This document shows, one piece after another, positions 60,866 to 64,000 of a DNA stretch of 64,000 nt. A model generated the notes under the pieces. It worked only from the letters and a program-made list of their open reading frames with translations. It did not search any database and was not told where the DNA came from. Both the position numbers and the translations under genes were made by a program. Numbering within the stretch: position 1 is the first letter of the stretch; the number at the start of each line of letters is the position of its first letter. This stretch comes from a virus, in the IMG/VR virus record IMGVR_UViG_3300020057_000035, positions 1 through 64,000 of that record; one strand, given 5' to 3'.

Positions 60866-61534
60866 ATGATTGATTTTGAGTACAAAGAATATACACTAAC
60901 AGAAGTGACAATAAATGAAGGTGGTATAGATCTTAGATTTGGGTGGTCTTTTTTTGCAGAAGAAAACAGAGATAATATAACTCCAGAAGTTGGAGATACT
61001 GTTCGTATTTATGGAAAAGGAATTGGTTTCTCTGTTCGTGGTGTAGAAATTGTAAATAAAGGGTTTCTTTTCTATAGAACAAAAGATCAGGAAGAAGGAA
61101 AAAGAGATCTCGAACAGCAAGAACGTATACAAGAAAAAGAAGATAATTTAACTAAAACCATGGAAATAAGAAACTTAAATTGGTCTAAGCTTCCATATTC
61201 TTTTCAAGAGCGTAAAAAAAGATTTGAAAAGAATAATCCAAACTGGAGAAGAGACCACGAAGAGTATGAATTATTTGTGTGTCAAGAAGCATTTAATTTT
61301 AGTAATCATTTTTCTACCTCTGCTGATCTATTAAGATGGCAAAAGCTACCCTACGAAAAACAACAAGAAGCTTTTACATTTAGTGATTCTCATTCTGGAA
61401 ATACTTTCGAAGCTTCTTGTTTCTTTGCTTCTTTATTTTTAGAAGAAAAAGAAGTAGAATTAGTTGCACAACATGGCTCTATTTGTCCATTAGTTGGGTG
61501 TATTGAGTATGGGTGTGTGAAAACAGATAATTAA
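60866..61534 (+). CDS. Phage hypothetical protein (HSGNTF motif)
   Basis: 222-aa ORF, AAGGA RBS. Confidence 0.75.
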   Translation: MIDFEYKEYTLTEVTINEGGIDLRFGWSFFAEENRDNITPEVGDTVRIYGKGIGFSVRGVEIVNKGFLFYRTKDQEEGKRDLEQQERIQEKEDNLTKTMEIRNLNWSKLPYSFQERKKRFEKNNPNWRRDHEEYELFVCQEAFNFSNHFSTSADLLRWQKLPYEKQQEAFTFSDSHSGNTFEASCFFASLFLEEKEVELVAQHGSICPLVGCIEYGCVKTDN

Positions 61535-61757
61535 CTCTACAGAAAAATTATATGTAATATTGGTATAGGATATCCTATACAACAAGAAGAAGAAGAGCGC
61601 GTTCGTAAGAACATATATAACACTGAATTTCATTCTATTATGTTAAAGGATATTTAAGCGATTGATAATGTTATTAAATTAATTGAAAAAACACTTGACA
61701 TATAGACAGAAACAAAGTAAGATTAAATAAAAAAGAGTAATAATAGGTTCTAATAAA

Positions 61758-62282
61758 ATGAAGATAGCATTTGTAGGTCCAATTTTCAGTGGTAAAACCC
61801 GTACAGCACTAGCATTAGGCTATGTTACTAAAATAGAAACACTGGCTTTTGGTGATTTAGTTAAAGAAGAAGTTGCTAGGGCAGTTTCAGATAATGATCC
61901 AATAGAAAGATCTAGAGTACTACATGAAATGCACACCCCAGAACTAAAATACAAATGGAGAGAAATACTTCAAGTGTGGGGTACTGAAGTTAGACGTAGA
62001 CATTATGGTGATGATTATTGGGTTAAAAAAATGGAAAATGAGTTACTTGATTTCTCTTCCATTATAGTAGATGATTGTAGATTTTGGAATGAATATGACA
62101 TGCTTAAAGAGCATGATTTTTGGTTTGTAAGATGTATGCCAAAAGAGGCAAATACTTCATTAACAGCACTGCATGAGAGCGAAATGTATTGGGCACAGTT
62201 TCCAGTAGATTTAACTTTAGAGTGGAAACCAGTCGAGAAAAGAGTTAAAGATATAATTAAGAAGTTTAATTATCACATATAA
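61758..62282 (+). CDS. Deoxynucleoside monophosphate kinase
   Basis: GPIFSGKT, FGD..K, REILQVWGTE..R...DYWV, DDCRF.NE, HESE. Confidence 0.85.
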   Translation: MKIAFVGPIFSGKTRTALALGYVTKIETLAFGDLVKEEVARAVSDNDPIERSRVLHEMHTPELKYKWREILQVWGTEVRRRHYGDDYWVKKMENELLDFSSIIVDDCRFWNEYDMLKEHDFWFVRCMPKEANTSLTALHESEMYWAQFPVDLTLEWKPVEKRVKDIIKKFNYHI

Positions 62283-62324
62283 AGCAACTGACTGTTTTAT
62301 AGAAAAGTGTGATATAATAAACAT

Positions 62325-63473
62325 ATGCCAAATAAAATAAAAACAAGAAAGCATATGATAAAAACATACCAATATAGATTACAAACAAGAAAAAATACAG
62401 AAGAGAAATTATTATTCACTCTTGAGCAGTGTAGATTGCTTTACAATAAGATATTAGAAACAAAAATTAAATATTATGAAATAGAAATTAAATCATTATC
62501 TATGTTTGATTGTAATAATTTAATTAAAACTTGGGAAATAAAAAATGTTAATGCTCAAGTATTGCAAAATGTTTCAGCAAGAGTAGATAATGCATTTAAA
62601 GGCTTTTTCAGAAGACTAAAAACAAAAGAAAAAAAAGCTGGTTTTCCTAGATTTAGGGGATTTAATAGATATGATTCTTTTACCTTTCCTCAATATGGAT
62701 TTAAATTGAATGGAAAATATCTCAAACTACAAAATATTGGAATTGTTAAAGTAATTTTACATAGACCAATTGAAGGTAGAATTAAAACATGTACAATTAA
62801 ACGAAATGGATTAAATCAATGGTTTGTTAGTTTTGTTTGTGAAATAGATAAAGAAATAATTATTAGTGATAATAAAAAAGCAATAGGTATTGATGTTGGG
62901 TGTAATAAATTTGCAGTAACAAGTGATAATACAATAATTGAGCACCCACATTATTACAGACAATCAGAAAAAAAACTAAAAGAACTTCAATCAAACTTTA
63001 ATGAAGTAATCAATTTATCAAATGATAATAAAAAGAAAATAAATATAAGGAAAAAACTAACAAGAACACATATTAAAGTAAAGAATCAAAGAAAAGATTT
63101 CTTACACAAAACAAGTAGAAGTATAGTAAATGAAAATGGTATTATTTGTGTAGAAAAACTAAATATTAAGAAAATGACTTCTGATAACTGGAAGTCACTA
63201 AACAAAAGCATGCTTGATGGTGGTTGGTATAACTTCAAACAAATGCTAACTTACAAGGCAGAATGGGCCGGTAAGAAAGTAGTTGAAGTAAATCCAGCAT
63301 TCACCAGTCAAACATGTAGTAAATGTGGAAATATTAAAAAGAAAGAATTAAATGAAAGAGTACATAATTGTTCATTTTGTGGATTAATATGTGATCGAGA
63401 TTTTAATGCTTCTTTAAATATATTAAGAGTTGGGATGAACTCTTTGAGTAGAAATATTCTAAATGCTGTTTAA
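62325..63473 (+). CDS. tnpB: IS200/IS605-family RNA-guided endonuclease TnpB
   Basis: TYQYRL N-terminus, GFPRF, RuvC GIDVG / VEKL / DRDFNA, zinc finger CSKC-CSFC. Confidence 0.92.
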   Translation: MPNKIKTRKHMIKTYQYRLQTRKNTEEKLLFTLEQCRLLYNKILETKIKYYEIEIKSLSMFDCNNLIKTWEIKNVNAQVLQNVSARVDNAFKGFFRRLKTKEKKAGFPRFRGFNRYDSFTFPQYGFKLNGKYLKLQNIGIVKVILHRPIEGRIKTCTIKRNGLNQWFVSFVCEIDKEIIISDNKKAIGIDVGCNKFAVTSDNTIIEHPHYYRQSEKKLKELQSNFNEVINLSNDNKKKINIRKKLTRTHIKVKNQRKDFLHKTSRSIVNENGIICVEKLNIKKMTSDNWKSLNKSMLDGGWYNFKQMLTYKAEWAGKKVVEVNPAFTSQTCSKCGNIKKKELNERVHNCSFCGLICDRDFNASLNILRVGMNSLSRNILNAV

Positions 63474-63828
63474 TAAACAAGCGCATTCGTACAGACGAAT
63501 AATAGAAACGTTTGGTTACGAAATATTATTCTGGAGAGAATTTGGAATATTACAAGGAGATAGTTTTGTTCTTTTAAAAAAAGATTCTGATTTTGGATAT
63601 TTAGTCATTGGTTGGGGCAGTTGTTTGGGGTGTGATGTGTTGATGAGAACTACTACAGCGAAAGAATTTATAGAATTAGAAAATATCTTACAAAATAAGA
63701 TATTTTGGGGAACTGCAAGTGGAATCATCAAACATATTGCAGAAGACTGTTATGATTGGTACCTTTATGAGGAAGATTTTGTTGATCTATTTAAAGAGGC
63801 AGTTGAAATAATTAAGGAAAATATCTGA
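63463..63828 (+). CDS. Phage hypothetical protein (GWGSC.GCD)
   Basis: ORF overlapping the tnpB end. Confidence 0.7.
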   Translation: MLFNKQAHSYRRIIETFGYEILFWREFGILQGDSFVLLKKDSDFGYLVIGWGSCLGCDVLMRTTTAKEFIELENILQNKIFWGTASGIIKHIAEDCYDWYLYEEDFVDLFKEAVEIIKENI

Positions 63829-64000
63829 TTCTACTGCCACAATGCCGCTGAGAAGCTGTAGGAACGCGCTGAGACAGCTTTGTGGTTAAAAAGCTGTCTA
63901 ACTACTACTTTTCTAAATGAGGGCGGAAAACGTGTTTCTGCTATACTTAGTATATCGGAGTATACAATTATTTATACAGATTGTGTTGGAATGTCGGGGG

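Noticed and set aside
33300-64000. Stop-codon reassignment
   Set aside because: Long conserved genes are intact in code 11 and end with TAA, TAG or TGA; no suppressor tRNA seen

Overview
64-kb segment of a large tailed dsDNA bacteriophage with two very different halves. The right half (~33.3-64 kb) is mostly + strand and very AT-rich, with ordinary large-phage genes: tRNAs, HNH/NUMOD3 endonucleases, HD hydrolase, Rnl1-type RNA ligase, thioredoxin, PRTase, ThyX, SNase nuclease, class II ribonucleotide reductase with three inteins, terminase large subunit with an intein, dNMP kinase and TnpB. The left half (~0.9-33.2 kb) is much more GC-rich and unusual. It is a head-to-tail, minus-strand array of roughly 80-90 (eye count) copies of a sigma70-type promoter repeat (TTGACA-17 bp-TG-n-TAAGAT, consensus TTGACACAAATCCCCCGACGTGCTAAGATTACATCAGGAAGTGA). 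Most copies drive a micro-gene or a structured non-coding RNA. Cassettes are duplicated, relocated and recombined into chimeras. The array is punctuated by five copies of a composite element at about 0.2, 6.3, 14.6, 22.1 and 35.8 kb. The element combines a perfect parS palindrome (four of five copies), Gram-positive-type LexA boxes (four of five copies), a CGCG/TATATATG/AAAATC motif and an AAAT-rich tract held ~735-765 bp downstream regardless of the intervening genes. At least three families of candidate structured RNAs occur as cassettes, two of them with base-pair covariation. The host is inferred, not shown, to be a GC-rich bacterium with a GAAC-N4-GTTC SOS box (e.g. Actinomycetota or Chloroflexota). 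All family assignments are from motif recognition by eye; no database search was run.
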